NCBI GenBank assembly: GCA_021784815.1
Contig: JAJYHK010000019.1
Location: forward strand, 48,726-112,725
From: a bacterium
Lineage (GTDB): Bacteria > Patescibacteriota > Minisyncoccia > Phycocordibacterales > Phycocordibacteraceae
DNA length: 64,000 nt
Reading direction: 5' to 3'
Shown here: one piece after another, positions 1-14,771 of the stretch
Numbering within the stretch: the stretch's first letter is position 1
How the letters are laid out: the number at the start of each line of letters is the position of its first letter
Notes under the pieces: generated by a model
Told to the model about the DNA's origin: nothing
The model's input: only the letters and a program-made list of their open reading frames with translations
Databases searched by the model: none
Position numbers and translations under genes: made by a program

Positions 1-1
1 C

Positions 2-3514
<3,513 letters not shown>

Positions 3515-3521
3515 AGCGACC

Positions 3522-3575
3522 GCACGAAGATAACACAACGCCCGCCAACAGGCGGGCGTTGTGTTATCTTCGTGC
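3522..3575. terminator. 25-bp perfect inverted repeat, probable bidirectional terminator after rpoC
   Basis: gcacgaagataacacaacgcccgcc-aaca-ggcgggcgttgtgttatcttcgtgc, starting 7 nt after the rpoC stop. Confidence 0.8.
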
Positions 3576-3638
3576 AGCTTGAGCATGAGCTGCTATCAAA
3601 ATGAGGCGGCGCAGAGGGTCGATCCTCTGCGCCGAGTA

Positions 3639-3812
3639 TCAGCTGCACATCGTGGTCGCCGTCATAACGCAGACGGGCGGCTGGGTTGAGGTAGGGCCTC
3701 CTTTTGCCGCAAGACCGATAGTCGCTGCTACGAGCCCTGCAACAAGCAGGGCATTGAGCAGAAACGAAAGCCCATCGCACAGCCCACGATGGCGTTGGCG
3801 ATTCCTTCGCAT
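3639..3812 (-). CDS. Putative 57-aa small membrane protein
   Basis: Manual translation MRRNRQRHRGLCDGLSFLLNALLVAGLVAATIGLAAKGGPTSTQPPVCVMTATTMCS*. GGGAGG lies upstream and a 10-bp hairpin (3608-3633) lies just downstream. It is below the ORF-track length cut-off. Confidence 0.45.
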   Translation of the reverse strand: MRRNRQRHRGLCDGLSFLLNALLVAGLVAATIGLAAKGGPTSTQPPVCVMTATTMCS

Positions 3813-3912
3813 GCGCACCTCGACCCCTCCCTATGTGGTTCGTGCCTAATGCAAAAGTAGCACGTATGACGTGTCTAGTCAAGCTTTCTTCATCGCGGTA
3901 AAATGAAAATCT

Positions 3913-5619
3913 ATGGCGGGGGATCCGGTACAGGAAATCAAAGAGCGGCTTAGTATTCAGGAGATAGCGGCTCCCTACGTGAAGCTCCATAAGGCCGGGC
4001 GATCGATGGTGGGGCTGTGTCCTTTTCACAAGGAGAAGACGCCGAGCTTTCATATTTCGGTGGAGCGCAATACGTATCACTGTTTCGGCTGCGGGGAGGG
4101 AGGCGACATGTTCGCCTTCATACAAAAAGCAGAAGGACTGGAGTTTAAAGAAGCCTTGAAGCTGCTTGCCGAAAAGGCCGGCGTGCAGCTTACGTATGCG
4201 AGCGGCGCGCGGGAACGGCAGTCGCACACCGAGCGCATCCGAGAGGCGCTCGCGCGCGCGCAGCAGTGGTATGCCGCACAGCTGCCGGGGAGCGCCGCGG
4301 AAGCCTATGCGAAGAAACGCGGTCTCTCGGACGTAGTCCTAAGGGAGTGGGGTCTGGGATTCGCACCCGACGCATGGCGCGCGCTGCTCGAGACGCTTGC
4401 GGCTGAGGGGTTTTCGGCTGCGGAGCTCGTTGCGGCAGGACTCGTGAAGGAGGCCGATGGCAAACCAGGCGTGTACTATGATCGGTTCCGCGGCCGGTTG
4501 CTCTTCCCGATCCGAGACGCTAACGGGCACATCGCTGCTTTTACCGGGCGTATGTTGCCATCGGAGACCCACGCCAAAGAGGATGCCGCGCCGGCAAAAT
4601 ATCTCAACTCGCCGGAAACCGACCTCTATCACAAATCAGAAATCATCTTTGGGCTTGATAGGGCGAAAGATGCGATTCGATTGCGGCGCTTCGCACTCTT
4701 GGTGGAAGGGCAGATGGACGTGCTCATGGCGCATCAAGCCGGCTTCACGAATACGGTTGCACTTTCGGGAACCGCATTCACGCCGAAGCATGTGGCGCTC
4801 TTGAAGCGATACAGCGACAATCTGCTCCTCGTGCTCGACGCCGATTCGGCAGGCATCGCTGCAACGGCCAAGTCTGCGGCGCTTGCGCTCGCGCACGGTA
4901 TGCAGGTTAAGGCGGCACGCTTGCCCGAAGGGAGAGATCCAGCCGACCTCCTTCTTGAGGATGTAAGCGAATTTACGGCGCGTATCAAGGAAGCGAAGCC
5001 GGTAGTCGAGTTTTTTCTCGCCGTGCTCGCGGCGCGCGAGCGCGATGCGCATCGTCTCCTCGCACTCGCCGAGCGCATCGTGCTTCCGCTCATTGCGGCA
5101 ATACCGAGCCCGATGGAGCGCGATCTCTTTATGCAGTCGACCGCGCGCGCTTTGAGCCTTTCGACCGAGAGCGTTCGTGAATCACTATCGCGCCTTCCGG
5201 CCCAGGCGGTTCCCGAAGAACTGCATGTTCTTGTTCGTCCGAGCGCTGTCGAGGAGCGAACCGCCCGCGAAGCACGAGAAAAGGCGCTCCTTGCGGTTCT
5301 CCACGCATATGGCGGAACCCCTCTTGCCGAGCGCGTTAAAAGGGAGTATCTTCGGATTACCGAGGCCTCCGCGCTGCCTGCAGGCGTACCAGACGAGTCG
5401 GCTCTTTTCGGAATCGAGCGGCTGTTTGGCGATACGTCTGCCGAGGATGCTGCGGACGAGCTTCTTCGCGCCTTTGAAGAAGCGGTTATCCGCGAGGCGT
5501 ATCAGCGGGCGGTTATGCGTCTGCGAACGGCTGAGTCCGTCGGTGACGCAGATGCCATTACTAAGGCGCAAGCGTTGTGCGTGGAACTCGCCGCACGACG
5601 CGCTGCGCTCAACAAGTAG
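3913..5619 (+). CDS. dnaG: DNA primase
   Basis: [11 protein letters not shown]...CFGC zinc finger, [19 protein letters not shown], and TOPRIM motifs VEGQMDV / LDADSAG. Confidence 0.98.
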   Translation: MAGDPVQEIKERLSIQEIAAPYVKLHKAGRSMVGLCPFHKEKTPSFHISVERNTYHCFGCGEGGDMFAFIQKAEGLEFKEALKLLAEKAGVQLTYASGARERQSHTERIREALARAQQWYAAQLPGSAAEAYAKKRGLSDVVLREWGLGFAPDAWRALLETLAAEGFSAAELVAAGLVKEADGKPGVYYDRFRGRLLFPIRDANGHIAAFTGRMLPSETHAKEDAAPAKYLNSPETDLYHKSEIIFGLDRAKDAIRLRRFALLVEGQMDVLMAHQAGFTNTVALSGTAFTPKHVALLKRYSDNLLLVLDADSAGIAATAKSAALALAHGMQVKAARLPEGRDPADLLLEDVSEFTARIKEAKPVVEFFLAVLAARERDAHRLLALAERIVLPLIAAIPSPMERDLFMQSTARALSLSTESVRESLSRLPAQAVPEELHVLVRPSAVEERTAREAREKALLAVLHAYGGTPLAERVKREYLRITEASALPAGVPDESALFGIERLFGDTSAEDAADELLRAFEEAVIREAYQRAVMRLRTAESVGDADAITKAQALCVELAARRAALNK

Positions 5620-5665
5620 CCTAAGCCATCGCATCCTCTCATCATCTTCCCTCCACACCACCATC

Positions 5666-6901
<1,236 letters not shown>

Positions 6902-6961
6902 CGTCTCGCAGGACGCTAGACTTTAGTCTTGCAGAGGAATATACTCGTTCACGTTTTCGCT

Positions 6962-7480
6962 ATGTTGAGGCTTTTAGCAACGGTACTAAAAACCGGCTCC
7001 AAAGCGGAGCCGGTTTCAATCGTGGCTGACGAGCACGTGCTCGGCGAGAACCTACGAAAAGCCGTGACCGCGCTGTGCGGCGGGCGGGCGTTGCGTATCC
7101 GCCATGTCGATGCGGGCTCAACCAATGCCGAGGAGTATGAGCTCACTGCGCTTGGAAACGCGTACTATGATGCCGATCGGTTCGGACTCTCGTTCGTCGC
7201 CTCGCCGCGCCATGCCGACATCCTGACCGTTTCCGGACCGGTGACGCGCAGCATGGCGCACGCGCTCGTCGCAGCCTATGAAGCGATGCCCGAGCCGCGC
7301 ATCGTAGTGGCGGTGGGCGACGGTGCCATCACGGGCGGCATCTGGAAAGATTCCTACGCCGTTGTTGGGCCGGTATCGAGCCTACTACCAGTAGACGTGG
7401 AGATTCCCGGCGATCCACCTTCGCCGCGTGTGGTGCTCGAAGGATTGCTCGCCGCCGTGCGCTCGGCGAGCCGCAAGTAA
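6962..7480 (+). CDS. NuoB/HycG/HyfI-family small subunit of an Ehr-type complex, with Fe-S cysteines substituted
   Basis: IRHVDAGS..., YYDADRFGLSFVASPRHADILTVSGPVT, PEPRIVVAVGD, PVDVEIPGDPP. Confidence 0.9.
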   Translation: MLRLLATVLKTGSKAEPVSIVADEHVLGENLRKAVTALCGGRALRIRHVDAGSTNAEEYELTALGNAYYDADRFGLSFVASPRHADILTVSGPVTRSMAHALVAAYEAMPEPRIVVAVGDGAITGGIWKDSYAVVGPVSSLLPVDVEIPGDPPSPRVVLEGLLAAVRSASRK

Positions 7481-7490
7481 CCGAGGCTTC

Positions 7491-9476
7491 ATGCTTGCTT
7501 TGCTCTACGGCGGTGCGTTTCTCCTGTCCGGCGCGGCTGCACTCGCGGCTATGGCGCTTGCGCGCAGCGCCCATCAGTCGGCTGTGACGCATGCGCTGCT
7601 TATTCTTTCCGGACTGTTCGGTCTTGCCGCGTCGGTCGGGTACTGTATAGAGCTTGCGCACGGCGTCGTGCGCGTTGTGCCGGTCTACGCTACCGCGCTC
7701 TTCGCCTTCTTCGTTACGCCGCTCTCGGGGTTTTTCCTCGCGCTCGTCTTTCTGGGCGTGACGCTCACCTCTTGGTACGCGCTTGGGTACCTGCCGCGCT
7801 ACCATACTCACTATACGCTCCCGTGGCTCGATTTCGCGACGAGCCTGTTCGTGCTCGGCATGGTTGGTACGCTCATGGCCGGGCAGCCGTTCGCGTTTTT
7901 GATTGCATGGGAGCTCATGTCCGTCGCGGCGTATTTTCTCATCATCGCGGACGGATCTCGGGAGTCGCTCACCGCCGGCTTTCGGTACCTGCTCATGGCG
8001 CAGCTCGGGTTTCTCGCGCTGCTCGTGGGCCTCTTGCTGCTTGCAGGCGGCGACCCGTTCGCTTCCTGGGCCGCAGTGGCGCATGCGGCCGCGGCGCTGC
8101 CGCCGTCGGCGCGCTTGGGCGCGTTCCTTCTCCTGCTTGTCGGCTTCGGATCGAAGGCCGGGCTCGTGCCGCTGCATCAGTGGCTGCCGGCGGCGCATCC
8201 GCAGGCACCGAGCCACAGCTCGGCGTTGCTCTCCGGCGTTATGCTCAAGGTTGCGCTCTACGGGTTCATTCTTTCAGTCGGATTATTGCCGGCTGTGCCG
8301 TTCTCATGGGCGATGCTTGTTATCGTGCTCGGCCTTGCTTCCGCCTTCTTCGGCGTGCTGCATGCAGTCGTCGAGAACGATGCTAAGCGCATGCTTGCCT
8401 GGAGCAGCATCGAACACATGGGACTGCTCTTTACGGGCGTCGGCCTCCTACTCGCTTTGCCGAACCTTCCGGTCGGCGCGGACGCCGCAGCGCTTACTGC
8501 GGCCCTTACCGGCTTCGTCATACTGCACGCCCTTAACCACTCGCTCTTTAAGTCGGGCCTTTTCATGGCAACCGGCGCGGTCGTCGCGCAAACCCACACG
8601 CGCGATCTTGACCGCCTTGGCGGCCTTGCGCAGCGATGGCCGCTTTTCTCGGGCGCATTCCTGGCACTGGCGCTATCAGCGGCGGCGCTGCCGCCGACGG
8701 GCACGTTTTTCGGGGAATGGCTCTTGTTCCAGCCACTCGCGATAGGGTTCCGGAGCGCCGCGCCGGCCTCGTCTCTGGGCGCGGCGCTCGTGCTTGCGGT
8801 TGTGGCGCTTGTGGGCGGGCTTGCGGTGTTTGCGTTCGTTAAGCTCTTCAGCGTCATGTTTCTCGGGCGTCCGCGCAGCAGCGCGGCGGAGCAGGCCGGA
8901 GAAATGCCGCTTTTGCTTACGCTCCCGCCACTCGCTGCTGCGGTGCTTGTTTCTCTTTCAGGCTTGCTGCTCTTTCCGCTGCTTGCGCAACCGGAGCGCG
9001 TGCGCCTGCTGGGATTGCCGTTCGCAAGCGCGGTGCTGCCCGGTGCCGCAATGAGCTCCTGGGGCGTCGTTTTTGCGCTCTTGGGTAGCGCCGCCGCCGC
9101 CGCCGCGTTCTATCGTGCCTTCGCGCGGCGGACAATCAGAATTACCGAGACCTGGGACTGCGGCGCGCCGCTTACCGCGCGTATGCAATACACGGCGACC
9201 GGCTTTTCAGCGCCGATACGGTTCTTCTTCCGGGCGCTTGTGCTGTCGAAAAAGACCTTGGTCGTTGAACCGGTCGTGGTAACGAATCCATGGATAGCGA
9301 AGCGCCGGCTGTCTTGGGCGACCGAATCATTCTGGGAGGCGGGACTATACCGCCCGGTCGGTCGGGCGGCGATCGCCATCTCCGCGTCGGTTCGCCGTCT
9401 CCAGAATGGGGCAGTGCAGTTTTATTTGGCGCTCGTGTTTGCTGCGCTCGTTGGCGTCATTCTGTTCGCGCTATGA
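7491..9476 (+). CDS. HyfB/NuoL-like proton-translocating antiporter subunit
   Basis: AWELMS, KAGLVPLHQWLPAAHPQAPSHSSALLSGVMLK, AWSSIEHMG, C-terminal TWDCG...MQYTATGFS; many TM helices. Confidence 0.92.
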   Translation: MLALLYGGAFLLSGAAALAAMALARSAHQSAVTHALLILSGLFGLAASVGYCIELAHGVVRVVPVYATALFAFFVTPLSGFFLALVFLGVTLTSWYALGYLPRYHTHYTLPWLDFATSLFVLGMVGTLMAGQPFAFLIAWELMSVAAYFLIIADGSRESLTAGFRYLLMAQLGFLALLVGLLLLAGGDPFASWAAVAHAAAALPPSARLGAFLLLLVGFGSKAGLVPLHQWLPAAHPQAPSHSSALLSGVMLKVALYGFILSVGLLPAVPFSWAMLVIVLGLASAFFGVLHAVVENDAKRMLAWSSIEHMGLLFTGVGLLLALPNLPVGADAAALTAALTGFVILHALNHSLFKSGLFMATGAVVAQTHTRDLDRLGGLAQRWPLFSGAFLALALSAAALPPTGTFFGEWLLFQPLAIGFRSAAPASSLGAALVLAVVALVGGLAVFAFVKLFSVMFLGRPRSSAAEQAGEMPLLLTLPPLAAAVLVSLSGLLLFPLLAQPERVRLLGLPFASAVLPGAAMSSWGVVFALLGSAAAAAAFYRAFARRTIRITETWDCGAPLTARMQYTATGFSAPIRFFFRALVLSKKTLVVEPVVVTNPWIAKRRLSWATESFWEAGLYRPVGRAAIAISASVRRLQNGAVQFYLALVFAALVGVILFAL

Positions 9477-10414
9477 ACGGCATGCTTTTCATTCTCCAGG
9501 GCGTGGTTACGCTTATGCTTGCGCCGCTCATGGTAGGGCTCGTGCGCTTCTTCAAGGCACGTTTCCAGAACCGCCGCGGCGCGGTGCCCTGGTTGCCGTA
9601 CGTATCGCTCTGGTCGCTCTTTGCGAAGGACATGACGATCACGCGTTATAGCTCATGGGTGTTCCGATTCGTGCCGTTCGTGCTCGCAAGTATCGCTCTC
9701 GTGCTTGCCTTCGTAGTGCCGACCTTCGCGTATGGCGTCGTGCCGCCGTTCCTTTCGAACCTCTTTCTGGTAGGCGGGCTATTCGCGTTTGGGTCCGCTT
9801 GGCTCGTGCTGGGCGGTATGGACACGGCAAGCGCGTTCGGCAACATGGGCGCCAGCCGCGAAATGACGCTTGCGGCGCTCGTCGAGCCGGCGCTCTACGT
9901 AAGCCTAGCGACCATCGCGTTTGCGGCCGGGTCCTGGAGCCTCGACGGTATGCTTGCGCACGAGGCGGGCCTTTCCTGGCATGGCGGGGCATTGCCCTTG
10001 TCGTTTGCGCTCGGCGCGCTTCTGCTCGTTGCGCTTACCGAAAACGCCCGGTATCCGGTCGATAACCCGGCGACGCATCTCGAACTCACCATGGTGCACG
10101 AAGCGATGGTGCTTGAGTACTCGGGGCCGTACTTAGCGTTGCTTGAGTACGCGGCGGCGGTGAAGCTGACCGTGACCATGCTGTTTCTCTTTGCGCTCGC
10201 GCTGCCGTTCGGTCTTATGCATGTAGGCGCCTCGCCGCTCGCCGTTGTATTCTGGTACATCGTTCGCTTCGTCTTCGCATCGTTCATTGTTGCGTTCATT
10301 GAATCGGTGATCGTGAAGATGCGTTTTTATCGGATGCAGGAATACCTCTCGCTTGCGCTGTTCGTGGCGCTGGCGGGCCTGGTGCTTGTGCTTATGCAGC
10401 AGTTCTCGTTCTAG
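9473..10414 (+). CDS. HyfC/NuoH-like membrane subunit
   Basis: KARFQNRRG, GMDTASAFGNMGASRE, ENARYPVDNPATHLELTMVHEAMVLEYSG; ATGA overlap with the upstream gene. Confidence 0.92.
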   Translation: MNGMLFILQGVVTLMLAPLMVGLVRFFKARFQNRRGAVPWLPYVSLWSLFAKDMTITRYSSWVFRFVPFVLASIALVLAFVVPTFAYGVVPPFLSNLFLVGGLFAFGSAWLVLGGMDTASAFGNMGASREMTLAALVEPALYVSLATIAFAAGSWSLDGMLAHEAGLSWHGGALPLSFALGALLLVALTENARYPVDNPATHLELTMVHEAMVLEYSGPYLALLEYAAAVKLTVTMLFLFALALPFGLMHVGASPLAVVFWYIVRFVFASFIVAFIESVIVKMRFYRMQEYLSLALFVALAGLVLVLMQQFSF

Positions 10415-10417
10415 CGT

Positions 10418-11065
10418 ATGGGTCCGGTATTCCTCAGCGGCGCGTGTCTTGTTGGGGCGGTGCTCGCAGCGTTCCTTATGGCGAGCCGCATGCGCCTTGC
10501 ATCGCTTGCATCGCTCTATGCGATACAGGCCATGCTGCTCTCAGCCGCAGTCGCGTTCTATGCGGTTGCGCATGGCGACGCGTCGGCGTATGCGGTCGCC
10601 GGCCTCACGTTCGTGCTCAAAGCGCTCCTCATTCCGTACTGGTTCGTGCGCATCGTGCGCGCGCACGGCTCAAGTGAGCGGCTCGTGGCGTATGCTCGTC
10701 CGACGACGCTCTCGTTTGGCGCGCTTTTCTCCGTTTCGTTTGCCGGACTGATCGCGCAGGAATTGGCGCGCGCGTCGAGCGCGCCGTACGTAGCGCTCGC
10801 TTCTTCGATCGCGCTCATCTTGATCGGCTTCCTTATGCTCGTTTCGCGGCGCGACATGATCGGCCTAGGCTTCGGCTTTTTGGTCGTGGAGGCTGGCGTC
10901 TTTGCGCTCGGGCTCGCGCTCACGGGCGGCATGCCGCTGTTCGTGGAGCTCGGCGCGCTCTTCGACCTCTCAATCTTCTTCGTGCTTCTGGTGGCATTCG
11001 CACGGCGGGCGCAACGGGAGCACGCGTCGCTCGCGACGGATTATTTGCGTGAACTCATCGGCTGA
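10418..11065 (+). CDS. HyfE-like membrane subunit
   Basis: Hydrophobic 215 aa with KALLIP and GMPLFVELGALFD; position in the operon. Confidence 0.85.
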   Translation: MGPVFLSGACLVGAVLAAFLMASRMRLASLASLYAIQAMLLSAAVAFYAVAHGDASAYAVAGLTFVLKALLIPYWFVRIVRAHGSSERLVAYARPTTLSFGALFSVSFAGLIAQELARASSAPYVALASSIALILIGFLMLVSRRDMIGLGFGFLVVEAGVFALGLALTGGMPLFVELGALFDLSIFFVLLVAFARRAQREHASLATDYLRELIG

Positions 11066-11068
11066 CCT

Positions 11069-12538
11069 ATGACGGCAACCCTTCTCGTGTGTGCGTCGTT
11101 CGTTTCTGCGTTTTTACCGCTCCGTACGCGGTCAGTGCGCGCTGCGGTGCTCATGAGCCTTGCGGGGAGTACGATTGTGCTCGCCCTCGGACTCGCCCTT
11201 GCGGTGCCGGCACTAGTCGCGTCCGCCTCGGTCGCCTCCGGCTTGTGGTATCTCGACCCGCTTTCGGGGCTGTTGGTCCTCCTTATCGTTTTCGTCGGAT
11301 GGACCGCGGCGATGGCGAGCGTCTCGTACCTGTCGGCCGAAGCGCGCGAGAGCGTCGTGAGCGCGCAGCAGGTACGGCACTACGGGGCGCTCTCCGCGCT
11401 TTTCGTATGCTCGATGCTCGTAGTCGTGCTCGCAAACAATCTCGGTCTCATGTGGGTAGCGCTCGAGGCCACGACGCTTACCACGGCGCTCCTCGTCGCG
11501 TTTTACGCGCGTCCCGGCTCGCTTGAGGCGGCTTGGAAGTACCTCATCCTGTGCTCGACCGGCATCGTGCTGGGGCTTATGGGCGTGATGCTCGTGTATG
11601 CGGCGGCCACGTCCGCGATCGGCGAAAGTGGTTTCGCGGTGTTGAGCTATGCAGCGCTCCTGCACAGTGCAGCCCTTCCGCCCGCGCTCATGCGGCTTGC
11701 GTTCGCGTTCGTGCTCGTCGGGTTCGGCACGAAGGTGGGGCTCGTCCCGATGCATGCGTGGCTGCCGGACGCGCACTCAAGCGCGCCGTCGCCGGTTTCC
11801 GGCATGCTCTCCGGCATCCTGCTCACGACGGCGCTGTTTGCGGTGATGCGCTACAAGACGCTCGTCGACCATGCGCTCGGGAGCGCAGGATACACCGAGA
11901 CGCTTCTGCTCGTCTTTGGCGCATTGACGACCCTCGTCTCCGCGCTCTTTATCCTCGTGCAGCTCGACTACAAGCGACTCTTGGCGTACTCGAGCATCGA
12001 GCACATGGGGCTGACGACCTTCGCGCTCGGCCTGGGCGCTCCGGGCGCGGTGGTTGCAGTCATACACCTCGTCGGCCACGCGCTCGCGAAGCCGCTACTC
12101 TTCTATGGGGCGGGGAACGTGCTTGTGCGCTTCAAGAGCACCAAGTTCGATCGAGTGTGGGGCGTGGCGCGCGTATTGCCTTACACTGCCGGGCTCTTTG
12201 TCTTCGGTTTGCTCGCGCTTCTCGCCGTGCCGCCCTCGCCGCTCTTTGTAAGCGAGCTCCTCCTTGCGGCGCAAGCGGTAGCCGCGCACGCATACCTGTT
12301 TGCCGTCATCGCGGTTGCGCTCGTGCTCGTGTTTGCGGGGTTTGCGCGGGCGTTCTTCCCGTTCCTCTTCAGCCGGGATGAGGCGCCTATCCAGGCGCAC
12401 GAGCTCACGAACGAACGCTGGAACAGCGCGCACACCGCGATGACACTGCATGCGGTGGTGCTGACGGGGTTCGGCGTAGCGCTGTTTGCCGGCTATGCGC
12501 TGCCGTTTATCATGCATATCGCCGCGGCGCTTGCGTAG
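11069..12538 (+). CDS. HyfF/NuoM-N-like antiporter subunit
   Basis: MWVALEATTL, EAAWKYLILCS, GFGTKVGLVPMHAWLPDAHSSAPSPVSG, KRLLAYSSIEHMG. Confidence 0.92.
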   Translation: MTATLLVCASFVSAFLPLRTRSVRAAVLMSLAGSTIVLALGLALAVPALVASASVASGLWYLDPLSGLLVLLIVFVGWTAAMASVSYLSAEARESVVSAQQVRHYGALSALFVCSMLVVVLANNLGLMWVALEATTLTTALLVAFYARPGSLEAAWKYLILCSTGIVLGLMGVMLVYAAATSAIGESGFAVLSYAALLHSAALPPALMRLAFAFVLVGFGTKVGLVPMHAWLPDAHSSAPSPVSGMLSGILLTTALFAVMRYKTLVDHALGSAGYTETLLLVFGALTTLVSALFILVQLDYKRLLAYSSIEHMGLTTFALGLGAPGAVVAVIHLVGHALAKPLLFYGAGNVLVRFKSTKFDRVWGVARVLPYTAGLFVFGLLALLAVPPSPLFVSELLLAAQAVAAHAYLFAVIAVALVLVFAGFARAFFPFLFSRDEAPIQAHELTNERWNSAHTAMTLHAVVLTGFGVALFAGYALPFIMHIAAALA

Positions 12539-12542
12539 GCTT

Positions 12543-14081
12543 ATGAACATCGACCAGCTTTGTTCTGAACTGGGGCTTGTGCGCGCCGAGAGCGGAATCG
12601 TCGAGGTGCTGCGCGAGGAACTGGCGCGACAGGCGGAGGCGCTCGTGGTCAAAGAAGCGCCGCTTGTGTTTATGTATGCGACCGATGAGCGCGCGCGGGG
12701 CTCGGGGTTTGCGGTGCATGCCGTCTTCTCGGTCGCCGGAGACGGGTTCCTTACGCTGCGCGCAGCGCTCCCGGCCGATGCGCCCGCATACCCGGCGCTC
12801 ACGCGCTCTATCATGGCCGCCCACTGGTACGAGCGGCTCATGGGAGACCAGTTTGGCATCCTTGCTGAAGGGCATCCGGACTGGCGCCGCCTCATGCATC
12901 ACGAGAACATTCCGGCGGGAACGCATCCTTTGCGTAAAGACTTTGCCTGGAACACCAGGCTGCCGCATGCGCAGGAGCCGCACCTCATGCATCAGGTCGA
13001 AGGACAGGGCGTGTACGAGATTCCGGTGGGGCCCATTCATGCAGGTATCATTGAACCGGGGCATTTCCGATTTAATGTGCGTGGCGAGCGCATTCTGACG
13101 CTCGAGGGCAAACTGTTCTTTACGCACAAGGGCGTCGAGAAGCTCGTGGAGGGGAAGACGCCGGAGGCGGCGCTGCCGTTTGTCGAACGCATCTCGGGCG
13201 ACATGGCGGTAGGGCATACGCTCGCGTATGCGCAAGCGGTCGAGCGTGCCGTCGGCTGCGCGGTCAGCCCGCGCACGCGGTGGTTGCGCGTGGTCTGGAA
13301 CGAGCTTGAGCGGTTCACCGCGCATATCTTTGACATCGGCAACATGGCGGGGAACGGTACCGGTTTTACCTTCATGGCCGCGCAAGGCTTCCGAATGCTC
13401 GAAGAGCTGCGCCGTCTGCACGAAGCGCTCGTCGGACACCGCTATCTGCGCGGCGCGATCACGCTCGGCGGCGCGCATGATCTCGATGCACTGGCGCAGC
13501 AGCAGCTAAGCGCGCAGCTTAGGAAGACGGAGCGCGAGCTCGAAACGATTCTCGATGTCGCTTTCCGGAGCGACGGGCTCATGGAGCGCTTCGAGACGAC
13601 CGGCGTCCTCTCGCCCGACGCCGCGCGCGCATACGGCGCGCGCGGCGTCGGCGCGCGCGGGTCCGGCATAGCGACCGATTTGCGCAGCGAGCATCCGTAC
13701 GCCGCATATGCCGAGCTGCCGTTCTTGGTGGTGATGGAGGCGGCCGGCGACGTCGCGGCGCGTTTCAGGGTGCGCGCGCGCGAAGCGGCGCAGGCTCTCG
13801 CACTCATACGCGCGGCGCTCGACTCGCTGCCCGAGGGCTCGGCGCAGGTCGCGCTCGTTCCTAAGCAAGGCAGCGCGCTTGGTTGGGCCGAAAGCTTTCG
13901 CGGCGCGGTGATCGACTTCGTGCAGCTCGACGAGCGCGGTACGATCGATCGGCTCGCGGTTTCCGACCCGTCGTTCATGAACTGGCCGCTTTTCGGCGAG
14001 CTCGGCCCGGGCAACATCGTGCCGGACTTTCCGCTCTGTAATAAAAGCCTCAATCTCTCCTATTCGGGTACGGATTTATAA
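12543..14081 (+). CDS. HyfG/HycE-like fused NuoC-D large subunit lacking NiFe motifs (Ehr type)
   Basis: WYERLMGDQFG...HPLRKDF, VGPIHAGIIEPGHFRF, HKGVEKL, ERISGD (no CxxC), C-terminus DFPLCNKSLNLSYSGTDL. Confidence 0.92.
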   Translation: MNIDQLCSELGLVRAESGIVEVLREELARQAEALVVKEAPLVFMYATDERARGSGFAVHAVFSVAGDGFLTLRAALPADAPAYPALTRSIMAAHWYERLMGDQFGILAEGHPDWRRLMHHENIPAGTHPLRKDFAWNTRLPHAQEPHLMHQVEGQGVYEIPVGPIHAGIIEPGHFRFNVRGERILTLEGKLFFTHKGVEKLVEGKTPEAALPFVERISGDMAVGHTLAYAQAVERAVGCAVSPRTRWLRVVWNELERFTAHIFDIGNMAGNGTGFTFMAAQGFRMLEELRRLHEALVGHRYLRGAITLGGAHDLDALAQQQLSAQLRKTERELETILDVAFRSDGLMERFETTGVLSPDAARAYGARGVGARGSGIATDLRSEHPYAAYAELPFLVVMEAAGDVAARFRVRAREAAQALALIRAALDSLPEGSAQVALVPKQGSALGWAESFRGAVIDFVQLDERGTIDRLAVSDPSFMNWPLFGELGPGNIVPDFPLCNKSLNLSYSGTDL

Positions 14082-14107
14082 AAGAAGAATGCAGAATCCA
14101 AATGGAA

Positions 14108-14132
14108 GACCCGCCAGTTTTGCTGGCGGGTC
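14108..14132. terminator. Hairpin terminator between convergent genes
   Basis: gacccgccag-ttttg-ctggcgggtc. Confidence 0.65.
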
Positions 14133-14153
14133 GGTTCCGTCTCGATCGGGCGC

Positions 14154-14771
14154 TCATGCAACTGCGTAAAGTTGCCGTTGCCGTTGCGTCGGAATGTCGG
14201 CCTTCAGGAAGGCGATCATTTCTTTCTTCTCATCCTCCGGTGTTGTTGCCTCGAGATGATGGATTCGTTGCGTCCCATCGGCGCAATACGCTGCATCGGC
14301 CGCAACAAGATACGAATCAATAGGTCTCCGCGCAATGTATGCAGTCGGCGGAACCCCTCCTTGCTCAAAGATACGACTCTGCACCAGGCCCGTATGGAAG
14401 CCGAGGGTTTGCGGGCAGGCACCAAACCGGATTGCGAAGTGGTAGGCCTCGCGTCCATACTCGTGGATGAACACGGCCCGATACTCCCCGCTCCTGAGCG
14501 CGGGGATGATTTTGCGCTCGGTCATTTCGTTCATGCGAACCCAGCGCAGAAGCAATCGAGAGGTGGGAAGCAGTGCCGCCATATCCTCATGGTCCCACGG
14601 CACGTCGCATCCAAAGGTGCTGCCGAGAAACGCAAAAGCCTGGTCCGGGAGAAACGTGCCTCCACGGTGCAGGGCTTCGAGTTCCTTGTACAGCCCGAGG
14701 TCTGAAATAACATATAAAAGAGCAGGTGTCGGTGATTGCACGAGTCTCTCCCTCGTTGGTGAAAGCCACAT
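14154..14771 (-). CDS. Hypothetical protein with weak thymidylate-kinase-like signature and no P-loop
   Basis: RLLLRWVR...KIIPALRSGEYRAVFIHEY resembles the TMPK core. An alternative GTG start at 14741 has a GAGGGAG ribosome-binding site. Confidence 0.6.
   Translation of the reverse strand: MWLSPTRERLVQSPTPALLYVISDLGLYKELEALHRGGTFLPDQAFAFLGSTFGCDVPWDHEDMAALLPTSRLLLRWVRMNEMTERKIIPALRSGEYRAVFIHEYGREAYHFAIRFGACPQTLGFHTGLVQSRIFEQGGVPPTAYIARRPIDSYLVAADAAYCADGTQRIHHLEATTPEDEKKEMIAFLKADIPTQRQRQLYAVA

Noticed and set aside
5177-5665. 163-aa N-terminal extension of the sigma factor in the ORF track
   Set aside because: It overlaps dnaG out of frame. ATG 5666 gives a normal RpoD.
6962-14081. Calling the operon a functional [NiFe] hydrogenase-4 or formate hydrogenlyase
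   Set aside because: Both NiFe CxxC motifs and the small-subunit Fe-S ligands are absent, and there are no hyp maturation or fdh genes in the window.
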